Part shown: in pieces, positions 1 through 14,094 of the stretch | Layout of the letters: each line of letters opens with the position of its first letter | Position numbering within the stretch: the stretch's first letter is position 1 | Translations under genes and position numbers: made by a program | The notes under the pieces: model-generated | Databases searched by the model: none | Told to the model about the DNA's origin: nothing | What the model saw: the letters and a program-made list of their open reading frames with translations, nothing else | Assembly: GCF_009914755.1 (NCBI RefSeq) | Contig: NC_060932.1 | Length of the DNA: 64,000 nucleotides | Strand: one strand, 5' to 3' | DNA from: the human T2T-CHM13v2.0 reference genome, Homo sapiens

Positions 1-210
1 TCTGAGGGTGAGGTCCAGCAATCAGTGTTTTAATGGGCCCATCAGATGATTCAATACACTGACACTACATGTCTCCTAGATATATCAGAGTTAGAATTAC
101 ATAGAGGACTTGTTAAAACGTAGATTGTTGGGGCCTGAGAATTTGCATTTCTAACAAGTTCATAGGTGATGCTGGTGACACTTGGTCAGGAACCATTTGG
201 AGAACCACTA
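1..210. mobile_element. MER5-family (hAT-Charlie) fragments
   Basis: Motifs gggcctgagaatttgcatttctaacaagtt and tggagaaccact. Confidence 0.7.
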
Positions 211-214
211 TTGT

Positions 215-2090
215 CAGTTATTACGAAGCTCTTTGGCCATTACTCCCGGTGAGTCAGGAAGTCCTTAGGAGTTTTTGAGCAGAGGAGTCACATGATCTTA
301 CGTACATTTTCAAAGGTTTACTCTGGCTGCTGTGTTGAGAATAGGGTGGAAGAGGCAAGACTGAGAGCAGGGAGACCAGGTAGGAGACTGTTGGAGTAAT
401 TCAGGCAAGAGATGATGGTTTGAATCACGGTGTTATCAGCAGAATTGGTGAGAGTGGTTGGATTCTGGAGATAGTTTGACTACAGAGCTGGCAAAATTGA
501 TGTTGAGTTTGGTATAGGATATGAGGGGAGGAGGAGAAGGATCAAGTATGAACCAAGAGTTTTGGTTCAACAAATGGAAGGATGGAGTTGCTATTTAGTA
601 AGATGGGGCAGGTTGTAAAAGGAGTAGGTTTGGGGGAGGGGTAGGGCGGGAGAGAAGGAATGTGGGCCTTCCATGTTGGACGTTTTAAGTTCTGGAGTGA
701 TCTTGCCAATGGTATTTAGATGGAATGGGTCTAGTTGGGAACACTAGGTGGATGGGAGAGGATGGAAAAGAGAGATCAGAGCACTGAGCCCTGGGCATAC
801 CACCTATACTACAGTTTTGGAGACATGTGCTGTTTTAGGTGCTGGAGATACATAGTATTACATTCATTCCTTCTTTCAGCAAGCCTTTGTTGAATGGCCA
901 CTAATGTGCCATGCGTTGTTTTAGGTGCTTGGAATACAGCAGTGAACAAAACAGAAAAAGTCAAAAAGTCTGTAAGTTTAAGGAACTTACAGTGTAATTG
1001 GGGACTAGACACTATAAACCTAATAAATACAAGAATGTCGTTTGGCAATACCTGCCTTGAGGAAAGATAAAGCAGAAGCAGAAGGGTGGGAATGCCTGGG
1101 GGTGGAGATTGGGAGGGCTTGCCGTTGTATATCAGATGGCCAGGGAAGGCCTTACTGATGAGGTGATACTCAAAGGGAGACCTTAGAGAAGTAAGGGAAT
1201 TGACCTAGTAGATATCTAGGGGACCAGTATCATGGCAGAGGGAACCAAGAAGGCATAGCCCTGAGGCAGGGCTGTATTTGATTTGGGTATAGAAGGAGAA
1301 GAAAAAGAAGCTTGGATTCTGAACCTGGGACCCTACAACATATGGAGCTCAAGGAGATGGAGAGGAAACAGAAAGGAGAATGAGAACAAGAACAAGGTAG
1401 GCAGGTGCAGAAAGTGCATCAGGAAGGGAGTGATTAACTGTGTTGCATACTGCTGGCTGATAGGTCAAAGGAGATAGGGCTGAGCATTGATAACAAATTT
1501 AACATTAAGTCTTTTCAGGTGACCTTGACAAGAGCAGTTGCAGTGGAGTGATAGAGATGGAACCCTAGTGGGGGTGGGTTCCAAAGGGAATGGAAGGAGA
1601 GGATTTGGAGACAAATGTATACAAATCTACAGACGAGTTTTGCTCTAAGGCTGAGTAGAGAAATGGGGCTGGTAACCAGAGGGGTAAGTGGGAGGAAAGT
1701 CGGAGGATGTTTTTGAGATGGGAGAAGTAATGGTGTATTTGTTTGCTGAAGGGAATGATTCAGTAGAGAGGGAAAATTTAATGATGCAGGAAAGCAGGGA
1801 GAATTGCTGGGAGAATGTCTTAGAGTAGGGAGGGAGGGATAGGATCTAGTGGATAATTGGAGTGGAGGTGGCCTTATCTAGGAGCAACAGTTTATTCATT
1901 TTAACAGGAGGGAAAGCAGAGTGTATGAGAACTGATGCTGATAGGTGGAGAGGTAAGCGGTGGGAGCTTGCAAAATTTCTATTCTGACTGCTTCTGTTTC
2001 CTCAGGAAATTAGGAAACTAGATCTTTCAGTGAGAGTGAGGATAGAGGAGGAAGTGTTGGAAGTTTCTAGTGAGAGGAGTCGTAAAAGAG
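215..2090 (-). mobile_element. L2 LINE remnants (several fragments)
   Basis: Purine-rich L2-type sequence. L2 3' end cattcattc...tgtgcca...atacagcagtgaacaaaacag near 860-955. Confidence 0.7.
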
Positions 2091-2396
2091 CATAATAGAA
2101 TCAGGAAAAGTCAAGTATTGTCTTATGTACTCTGCAATGATTTGTGCACTTCATTCCTACCTGCCTTTTCCTTTGCCTGAATGCCCTTCTCCATTACCCT
2201 TCCATCTGTTAAACTTCGTCTTTTATCCTTTAAACTCAGTTCTATGTTCCCTTCTTTGATCCAGTCAGGCAAAGTTGAGCATTTTCTTATCTGTGCCTCA
2301 GCTTTGCAGTAACTCCCATGTTGCTTTAATTATCAGGTTTATGTTTTATCTCTGTCTCTCCTACTCAGTGGTGAGCCCCTGGGAGTAGAGGCTGAA

Positions 2397-2699
2397 TTTT
2401 TTTTATTTTTATTTTTTTGAGACCGCGTCTTGCTCTGTTGCCCAGGCTGGAGTGCAGTGGCATGATCTTGGCTCACTGCAACCTCCGCCTCCCAGGTTCA
2501 AACAATTCTCCTGCCCAGCTTCCCGAGTAGCTGGGATTACAGGTGCCCACTACCATGCCCTGCTGATTTTTGTATTTTTAGTAGAGACAGGGTTTTGCCA
2601 TGTTGGCCATGCTGGTCTTGAACTCCTGACCTCAGGTGACCCTCCTGCTTCAGCCTCCCAAAGTGCTGGGATTACAGGTGTGAGCCATTGCGCCTGGCC
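2397..2699 (-). mobile_element. AluS (Sx-like)
   Basis: Full dimer with T-tail and aggctgaat flanking repeat. Confidence 0.95.
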
Positions 2700-3889
2700 A
2701 AAGGCTGAATATTTCTAGTGCCTGGGATAGTGCCTGGCTCATGATAGGTTTTCATCAAATTAGAATAACAAAATAATTCTTTAAAAGGAGAGTGTCTTAA
2801 GAGTGCTCATCTTGAAAACTGTGGTATTCTCATGCTAAAGGAAGTGCCTGGCACTTAAAGAGATACTAAATATTTGAACTGACAATGAGTTGTACTGTGA
2901 ATGTTTGAGGTAAACAAACACTTCAAATTAGAAATCTTATGCATCTCTGTGCATCTTGCATGTCTCTATGCCCTTCTCTTTTTATATCCTGTGGATTTTT
3001 GAATGGGTCTCATGATTGACATGGTAGGTACTCAATACTTATGAGTGAAATGAATGAATGAACCTAATTAAAAAGGACTAATAATGGAGAAACTACAATA
3101 GTAGTTCAGCTGTGAGATGAAGGTGGTAGCAATGATGAGGATGGAAATGCCAGAGATACTACACAGTTCCCCACTTAGGAAGGGCAGAAGGGAAGGCTCT
3201 AATGCTAATTAATTGTGTACTGTATGCTATACCATACCATGGTTATTCCTTTCCATTTTAAAGATGGTAAAGCTGAGATTCAGAGATGTTTAGCAGTCTT
3301 CATGTTATGTCTATCTGATTCCATGAAAATACCCCTTTTTCTGCTGCCATAGAGCCTTGTTAATAGCCCTCCCATCCCTTTAAAACTGTGAATTCTCCCC
3401 ACTTTTCTAGTTGGTTTCAGTGGATTGAGTTTCAAATGGCTTCTGAATTAAGCAGAGATGTCCTTTTGTAGGCAGCTTTACATTGCTTTACTAAGCTGAA
3501 ACAAATTGTGGTTGAAGATATAGATTAGGAAGTGTTAAATATGAAGGTAATAACTGAAACTGTTATAGTGGATGTGCTGCCAGAAGACAAGTTTATACAG
3601 AAATTCTGCTTTCACTGACTCTGGGATCTCACCAAGTCTATTAATCTGTTAGAAGCCAGAGGAACTGGCAGGAATATAGATTTTCTCTTTTTTTTACAGT
3701 TTCCAGAATTCAGTATGCATATATGTTGGATAGTTTAACGATTACAGGTTTTCAAAATAGTTTACTAATAAACTATTTTATTAGTATTTTTTTCTCTTTG
3801 GAAAATTGCATCATATGAGTGGTCTACTTTTTCTAACCCATTTATCTTGTAGGCTTTTAAGAACTGTGCTATTGTTGACTTCTTCACAG

Positions 3890-3985
3890 AATCAAGCACT
3901 CTTTTGGAAGAGGGTAATCTCTCTCCAAAAACTGAGGACACTTACCTTCCCCATATATTGAGTCCAGCTGTGTTTGGTGGCCCAG
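3890..3985 (+). other. NSMCE2: NSMCE2 5'UTR exon (96 nt), with a possible alternative acceptor at 3853
   Basis: Acceptor ttgacttcttcacag|a and strong donor cccag|gtgagt, 170 nt upstream of the ATG exon. No ATG inside. A second acceptor tttatcttgtag|g lies at 3852/3853. Confidence 0.75.
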
Positions 3986-4169
3986 GTGAGTGGCACAGTG
4001 ATTTGGTGTCTTCTCTATAGGATATACAGAATAGTGTGGCATTTATGAGATATTGGATACATTTGTATGAATGTTTACAGCAGTTTTATTAATATTTTCC
4101 TGTGCAGTTATTATTCTGACTTACGAATCTTGTTTCATTGTGTTTGAAAACTTAGGTACTAATTTCAAG

Positions 4170-4326
4170 ATGCCAGGACGTTCCAGTTCAAATTCAGGTT
4201 CAACTGGTTTCATCTCCTTCAGTGGTGTAGAGTCTGCTCTCTCCTCCTTGAAAAACTTCCAAGCCTGTATCAACTCTGGTATGGACACAGCTTCTAGTGT
4301 TGCTTTGGATCTTGTGGAAAGTCAGA
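4170..4326 (+). CDS. NSMCE2: NSMCE2 first coding exon (exon 4156-4326), codons 1-52 plus 1 nt
   Basis: Translates MPGRSSSNSGSTGFISFSGVESALSSLKNFQACINSGMDTASSVALDLVESQ, which I recognise as the human NSE2/MMS21 N-terminus. Acceptor cttag|gtact at 4155/4156, ATG context aagATGc, donor caga|gtaagt at 4326/4327 (phase 1). Confidence 0.96.
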
Positions 4327-4824
4327 GTAAGTAAAATTAAAACCTCTTTTGTGTCTACTTTGAGGTAACACTGTGTGGTGGTATTTATCTGGGGGTGCCT
4401 TTTGAGTATCCTTGGGGGAATGATTTAACCCCTCTAGGCATCTGTTGTCTCATTTTATTCTACACACCGCAGCAGGGTACTGAGGGTGAAATAAGATTGA
4501 CTCATTCATGTGTGTTCAGACAGTTAAGTTCCATGAGAAACTGCGCTAGAAATGTATGGGCAAAGATTTGAAGATCCTGACCCCAAGGAGCATACAATCT
4601 AAAGTATTTGACATTTGTGAACTGTAAGGTATATAAATTTATTATGATATTGTTATTTTTCAGTAGTTTATACTTTGGTCATACTTGATTAACCAGTAGA
4701 TAGACTAAGCTTATGCTAGGGATACCAGCAAAGGAAGGCCTCAACAAAAATGAGAAAAGTTCAACTTTAATGAATTTTACCTACATTTGTTCAATCAAGA
4801 AGATCTAGAAAGATGTGATTTGCA

Positions 4825-5206
<382 letters not shown>

Positions 5207-5681
5207 TTACACATGGAGCCAGAGGAGCAGCATGATCCTTTTGTTTTGTTTTTATTGGCATAGGTTTTGAGCAATTTGTGATGTGCCGTGGTGTGATTTT
5301 TTTTGTCCTGACTGATATTGTTTGAGATTTATGGATCTGTCAGCTTATAGTTTTTTGAATCAAATTTGGAAAAATTTCTGCTACTATTTCTTCAAATATA
5401 TTTTTTTAATTCCTCTGCTCTCCTCTCCTTCTGTGTGACTCACATTTCATGTATGTTAGATGGGTTGATATTGTCCCATAAATCAGTGGAACTTGATAGA
5501 TTTTTTCCAGTCTTTTTACTCTTTAGCTTCAATTTGAATAATTTCTATTGCTAAGTTCATTCATCTTGTCTACTGCAGTGTCTAATCTGATAATTCCATT
5601 TAGTGAATTTAAAAATTTCAGTTACTGTATTTTTAATTGTTGAAGACATAACAAAGAATTAAGTAGAATCTTTTTTTTTAG

Positions 5682-6141
<460 letters not shown>

Positions 6142-6593
6142 TAAATAGTGTTGGAGTTTGTTTGGTGTGCAGCTAAGTGATTGTGGATTAGGCTGATCCT
6201 TTCTAGGCTTATCGTTAAGCTTTGTTAGGTCAAGTCTAATATAGCCTTTATGTTAGGGCTAATTTAGCCTTGTTACAAAGCATGGCCCTTCTGGAGTCTC
6301 TCTTGATTGCCCCGAGGGTTCAGTGCGATAGCTCTACTCTGGCTGGATGGAATTTGAGTGTCTCCCGGTCCTAGGTCCTACATGACTGAACCTGGGAGTT
6401 GTTCACTTTATAGCTGTCAGTATTTGTTGCTCAGCATCTTAGGACTCAGCATCAGACTCAAGGGGACCCCAGTGCAGATTCCTAGAGCTCTTTATCTGCA
6501 TAGCTCCCTCACTCTCTTGCAAACCCTGCTGGCTGCCTCAGCCTCCCTGAACTGAAGTCTCTGTCTCCTCAATCCTTCAAGACTGCTGTGCTA

Positions 6594-6866
6594 GGCCGAG
6601 CATGGTGGCTCCTACCTGTAATCCCAACACTTTGGGAGGCCGAAGCAGGAGGATCTCCTGAGGTCAGGAGTTCCAGGCCAACCTGACGAAACCCTGTCTC
6701 TACTAAAAAACAAAAATTAGGCATGGTGGAGGATGCCAGTAGTCCCAGCTACTGGGGAGGCTGAGGCAGGAGAATTGCCTGAACATGGGAGAAGGGGGTT
6801 GCAGTGAGCCGAGATTGTGCCACTGTACTCCAGCCTGGGGAAGAGAGTGAGACTCTGTCTCAAAAA
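6594..6866 (+). mobile_element. AluS
   Basis: Dimer with a short A-tail. Confidence 0.92.
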
Positions 6867-7423
6867 CTCCCTTGGATTCCTCCTCCCTTGCGCAGGGAGG
6901 AGGCCATTGCAAGACTTTTCCCAGTTTTCCCTTATTGCAGTAATTACAGTCCTGTCCCGCCTTTGTCCTACTGTCCCACAGCTATTGTTTCATATATTTT
7001 GTTTAGTTTTTCAGTCATTCATGGCAGGTGGACCAGCTCCATACAGTTATTCATTTACGGCTAACAGCAGGTGTCACTCATAATCTTTTTAGTGGGTGGC
7101 CTCCAAATGTTTTAACCCTACCCAGTCTGTTTTTGATTATGTTTTTGGTGATCATAATTTAGCTTTGATAGATAGGCCTGGATAAAAGTCATAATAAAAT
7201 CTTAAACCATAAGAGAGAAGACTGGAACATAACCCCTTGGGAGATTGTATCAGTTTTTTTCAGGATTCTTTTTGAAGATTCCTGGGAGTTTTAGCTACAG
7301 AGTTTTTTTTTTCTCTTGGTTTTGTTTTGTTTTAAATAAGAGGTATATTTTGTTGTAAAATACAACATGTGCAATTTAAGAAGAATTATAAACATCATTT
7401 TTTGAAAGGTTCATGCTCTAAAG

Positions 7424-7638
7424 CCAAAGTTGGCAAAGTTTTTCTATAAAGGGCCAGATAACAAATATTTTCAACTCTGTAGGCCATGTGGTTTCTGTCA
7501 CAACCCGCTGTTGTAGTGCAAAACCCACCATAGATGGTACGTAAATGAATGGGCATGGCTGTGGTCTTATAAAACTTTATTTACAAAAATGGGCAGTGGG
7601 CCGGATTTGGCTCACAGGTCTTAGTTTGTCAACCCCTG
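7424..7638. mobile_element. MER58A (hAT-Charlie MITE)
   Basis: ttggcaaa...taaagggccagata...taaaactttatttacaaaa...gggccggatttggc...tagtttgtcaacccctg. Confidence 0.85.
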
Positions 7639-7883
7639 CTTTAGTGCCGCAGATTGTCATTAAGTAATTTTTAAAAGAAAGATGTATTTATTTTTTAATA
7701 TTTGGATTAATTTTACAGCAAATACTTGATTTTGCATTTACCAAAAAAGTTAATTTAAGAAAAATTTTGAGCAAGTTATATGGGAAAAAAAGTGAACTAA
7801 ACAACTTAGACAGACACAGAGTCACCAGGAGCCTGGACTTCTTATGAACTCAATATGTATATGAATACATGCGTGTGTGTGTG

Positions 7884-7886
<3 letters not shown>

Positions 7887-7919
<33 letters not shown>
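7887..7919. repeat. (CA)n microsatellite
   Basis: About 16 CA units. Confidence 0.95.
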
Positions 7920-7920
<1 letters not shown>

Positions 7921-8187
7921 TTTAACTAATACCAGGAGTCAAAATAACAAAGTAGTCAACATAAACTAACCAAGTGACTATTCTGCATATAATTCAGCTC
8001 TAGGTTTTAAAGAGGACATAAACAAGTATTAAGTAGTTCTTCCCTTCATAGAGTTTACCATCTTAGTGGGAAGACAAACACATATTAAAATACTAAAACA
8101 ATGAGAAAACAGAAAAGATGTTATAAAGCTGCAAATAACTAATATCACCACTGATCTTATCAGAAAAGTCATACGCTCTCAAATTTA

Positions 8188-8868
<681 letters not shown>

Positions 8869-9035
8869 TCATTTTACCATTAGCAACAAATGCTGTTAGT
8901 TGTTGTCTTTGAAATTACAGTTGCACAGGCTCACTTTCTTCATTTTTGAGAAAATGTCTTTCAGATACCCAAACCTGAATAACCATAGTTTGTCTGTGAA
9001 TTGTTCTATATTGTACTGTTTTATCAAGGACATTC

Positions 9036-9339
9036 TTTTTTTTTTTTTTTTTTTGAGATGGAGTCTTGCTCTGTCCCAGGCTATAGTGCAGTGGCACGAT
9101 CTTGGCTCACTGCAACCTCCGCCTCTTGGGTTCAAGCTATTCTCCTGCCTCAGCCTCCTGAGTCCTGAGTAGCTCGGATTACAGGTGCACACCACCATGC
9201 CCGGCTAATTTTTGTATCTTTAGTGGAGACGGGGTTTCACCATGTTGTCCAGGGTGGTCTTGAACTCCTGACCTCGTGATCCACCCTCCTCGACCTCCCA
9301 AAGTGCTGGGATTACAGGCATGAGCCACCAGGCCTGGCC
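9036..9339 (-). mobile_element. AluSg-like
   Basis: Full dimer, TSD tatcaaggacattctt, and the same 7-nt duplication as the 8245 Alu. Confidence 0.95.
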
Positions 9340-9603
9340 TATCAAGGACATTCTTAAATGAAACTAGCATTTGTTTTACTATGAGTGCTTGGTAGAGAGG
9401 AATACAATGATCTATTAGAGTGCAACAGTTTGGTGCCACTGCTCTGATTTTTGCTAAGGCACCAGCAGTTTTTTCCACAATTGCTTTTGCACCATTAGTA
9501 CAAACATTCAACATTTGTACTAATGGTGCAAATGTTAAAAAAGAAAAAGAAAAACAAACAAACCCAGACAAATAGCATCTTAAAATTATGATGTAAATAA
9601 GCT

Positions 9604-9899
<296 letters not shown>

Positions 9900-10279
9900 T
9901 TATGATGAAAATAGTTTCGACCCATGGATCCCCTGAAAGGGCCCAGAAGAAATTACGATGAAAATAGTTTTGACCCACGGACCCCCTGAAATGGCTCAGA
10001 AGACCACACTGAGAACAAACTGAGTTTGATTGCTTATGAATAGGAGGTAGATGACATGAGAAGTCCTCTGCAGAGAGAAAGCCAAGGGCAATCACTCCCA
10101 CTGGGGTAATTCAGCAAGAACTTGTTAGGGGAGCAGTGTTAATGTGATACCAGACTGAGGTGCTGTCCAAGGACCCAGAGAGTAGGAAAACACCGGTTGT
10201 TTAAGGAAATTGGAGGGTAGATCAGCCTGTAACAGTAGATGAAAGACTTGTAGAAGGCTGATACTAAGGCAGCCAGTAT

Positions 10280-12510
10280 CAGCACTTAAGTGCACGCTTG
10301 CTATTGGGTCCAGTCCTAACTCTGTCATAAGTTCTGTAACTTTGAGTAAGGTACCTAACTTCTTTCAGCTTCTAATTTCTTATCTGTGAAATAGGATTAA
10401 AATGCCTGCTTCATAAGATTGTTGGGACTAATGAGATAATATATGCTAAGTGCTCTCAGCCACAATGTTAATTCAATAGCTATCATATATGACAACCAGC
10501 AATTAGTAAAATTTGAGGGTCAGAACTTAGAAGAAGGGCCTGTGATGTGAAGAGGGTAAGAAAGATGGATGAGTTTGGAAGTCTGTGTAAGACTGAGTCC
10601 AGCTAAGTCACTAATTCATCAGATATGTTGCCAAAACTACAAAGATAAATAAAGGTTTCTTCCTTTGAGTTGTTTACAGTCTAGGTAGGAAATAAGACAT
10701 ATACTTGTTATTCAATCATTAAGTGAACATTGATGGCCTATAATGTGATGCTTTGCCAAGGAGTTTGAACCTTATCATTGGAAGGTTTAAAGTAGAGGAA
10801 AAAATATGGTAAGATCCAGTTTTAGAAAGATAACTGTCCACAGCAGTACTGAGGAAGGAAAGACTTCAGGTGGCCAAAGAGGAGATTATGTCAGTAGCTC
10901 AAGTGAAAAAGAAAATAACTTTGACTAAGGTATTGTAACTAAGGTAAAAAGGATTTGATTTGTGTGCTATGTATCTTATACCCTCATTGTAATACAGGCA
11001 TAATAGTGTAATAGATGATTGCTTGGGTTCTTATCCCAGTGCCCTCTCTTATCTTTGTGACCTTGGGCAAATTCTCTACCCTCCAATTTGCCTCAGGTTT
11101 CCTATTTATAAAAGGCATTATTGTGGGGATTAGCGAGATAATATTTTACAAATTACTTAGAATAGTAGTAAGTGCTCAGTAATTGTTAGCTGTTACTAGT
11201 AATTTGGTGTGCATTTGAGTTTGAGTTGACCGGTGGGTGTGTTGGACAACAGAGAATGGATTGGGAGAGATTAAAGTGCAGAAGAGCAAGTGGGGAATTT
11301 CATGGATTATCCCAGAACAGAAATACTGTTTTCCTTAGTTTTATGAGATTGTTGACTTTTTGGGTTGCCTGATTTCATCTCAAATCAGAGTGAACTTTGA
11401 TAAACCAAATGATAATGATCACATAGGTATCATTTTATCACTTTGCCCTGACATTTTCCTGTTGTTGTATTATTAAGTTATTGGTAAAGGAGATTCTTGC
11501 TCCCAAGAACTAGGGTGGTGATGTGTTTTATTTTGTTTCTTATTGGTTGCAGATTCCTAATTCCTATACCAGGTGTTTGTCCCTGTTCAACTTTCTAGCT
11601 TATTTGAAATGATCACCTTTGCCTGTGTTACGTTAGAATATATGGTGTCTAGGCAATTAGACTCACCACTACCATGTTTATTCATTTTTCTCTAAATTTG
11701 TCGATATTCTAGTATTACCTTCTTCTTTGACCTAACTGGGAAATGAAATTTGTTACATTAGGAGATTTTTTTTGAGATTACCGAAGCTTATTTTTTTCAG
11801 GTTTTTGAGTTTATTATGTACTTTTCTGCCATCTTACACAGAATATACTGACCTAATTAACTGGAATTATTTTTAAATCATCTTTAAGTAGTTTTAGTAA
11901 GCGCTTTAGGTTTAGTTAAGTAAATTTGAGGAATCTCCCTTCTCTAAAATGTTAATGTACCTCAAAGATGTAAACTACATCTTTGTAGTTTTCAAAGATG
12001 TGTCATCTCTTCTCATGCCTCTCTGCCAGGGCAAGTCTGTGAATGGGCTTCAGAGGTTTGGTTAATGCTCTGCAATTCTACAAAAATGTATGTGCATGAG
12101 GATTAAAAGTTTTACCAGATTCTTGCTAAATATTTGATAGCAACATTTAGAAGTAAAGGATTAAAGTTTTCTCTATATATTGCTTTTCTTTCTGTGATTT
12201 CGGAGCTATAGGGCAGAAAGATTACAGTTACTATGGTCAGGCAGTTAATTGGGTATTTGTTGAGCTATGCTAAAGTATGGTGATGATGATGAATTTGTTA
12301 CATACTTAACTGGTGCTCTTTTTACATGTGCTATTTCATTTGATCCTAACAGTAATCCTGTGCAGTAGGGACTGTTGCTGTCCCCACTTTACACATGAGA
12401 AAAATTGAGGCTTAGTGAAGTTACATGCATTTTTTAAGGTCACAAAGTTAGTAAATGTTTGAGTAGGGATTTGATTATAAGCAGTCTGACTTCATAGTTT
12501 CTGCCCTTCA
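10280..12510. mobile_element. Scattered MIR and L2 remnants (about 10290-10460, 10610-10960, 11000-11195, 12280-12505)
   Basis: MIR core motifs tgtgaccttgggcaaatt, aaattgaggcttagtgaagtt and aaggtcacaaagttagtaaatg. Confidence 0.6.
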
Positions 12511-13312
12511 CCATTACACTTCATAAAAAATGTATTGTGCCAGCGTCATGGCCTGTGCAGTCAAATGACATTTAGCGACGTTTTGCTTAGATAATTTTGG
12601 TGGTTGTTGTTTTTTTTTTTTTTTTTTTTTTTTGAGGATAATGTTATCTGATTTTTTTTTTTAAATACCCAAATGAGGTTGCATGCTTTTTCTGAAACAT
12701 CCTCTCATGGAGGTCATGTATGGTCATGGGGGGAAGGAGCTGGGACCTTTCAGGGCCTTTGTACTGACCCTAGACTGTCTACTTTCAGTTCTTGTAATGG
12801 CAGGAAAAGAAACCCCTGTTTGGCTAAGCAACAGCTCTCATGTTTGCTCTTCTTTGCAGCCGGTTACAGTCCTGACTCATGGAAGTGATTCATCAAATTG
12901 ATTGAATGATAGTCTGTTCTTTCATACATCCACAACTTGTGTTCTGGCTAAGAATCATCACCTTTTTAGATCTAGTTCCTTTTGTCTTACCTTAATCCCC
13001 ACGCAGCCAAAAAAGTTTTCACTGTGTGGCAGTTACTTCAGAGTTCATGATGAGTAAAAAACAACCAGCAAAGTGAAAAATTACATGGTCAGGGACATTT
13101 ACTGCCCTCATGAATAACTGACCTTTTACATTTGCAAATGTTAAGCATTTCCTTGAGAGAATAGTTTTAAATCCGGGTGCTTTGGGGGTAAGATTCTAGT
13201 TTTGTTCCTGAATAAGACATTCTTAAATCTAGAAATTTGGTAAGTATGGGTGAAAAAAAACTCCCAGAAAATTGTGATCATCCATAACCCTATCACCCAT
13301 CACCTTATTTTA

Positions 13313-13690
<378 letters not shown>

Positions 13691-14094
13691 TCAATACAAC
13701 TGACCTGATATTTTCAGGGCTTGATTTTTTAGAAAGACTTACATTCTGGATTTTTCACTGTGTTGTGATATATTTCTCCATTAGAGCACTGCTTTTTGTT
13801 ATTAGGAGTCTAGTTGAGTCGGGGAGATTTCTTTTTGACCTTGTTCCTGTCTTTTATTTCATAATTATTGAATAGAAGGAGTAACTAGAAGTAGGTGGTT
13901 TCTAGTGGTGAGTGGTGGCCACAATGATAATAAAAATAACAATAACCCTAAGAAGCCAATGTTTGTATGCTTATACAGCTTTTATAACTGGAGCCAACTA
14001 TACCAGCAAAATAGCATTATAACTTAAATTAGTGAAGATTATTAAACATATATACTTAATTATGCTGTATATAGTACTAAAAGTAAAAGGCAAT

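Noticed and set aside
4071-4334. 87-aa ORF as a stand-alone gene
   Set aside because: It is the NSMCE2 ATG exon plus intronic flanks. The true frame splices out at 4326.
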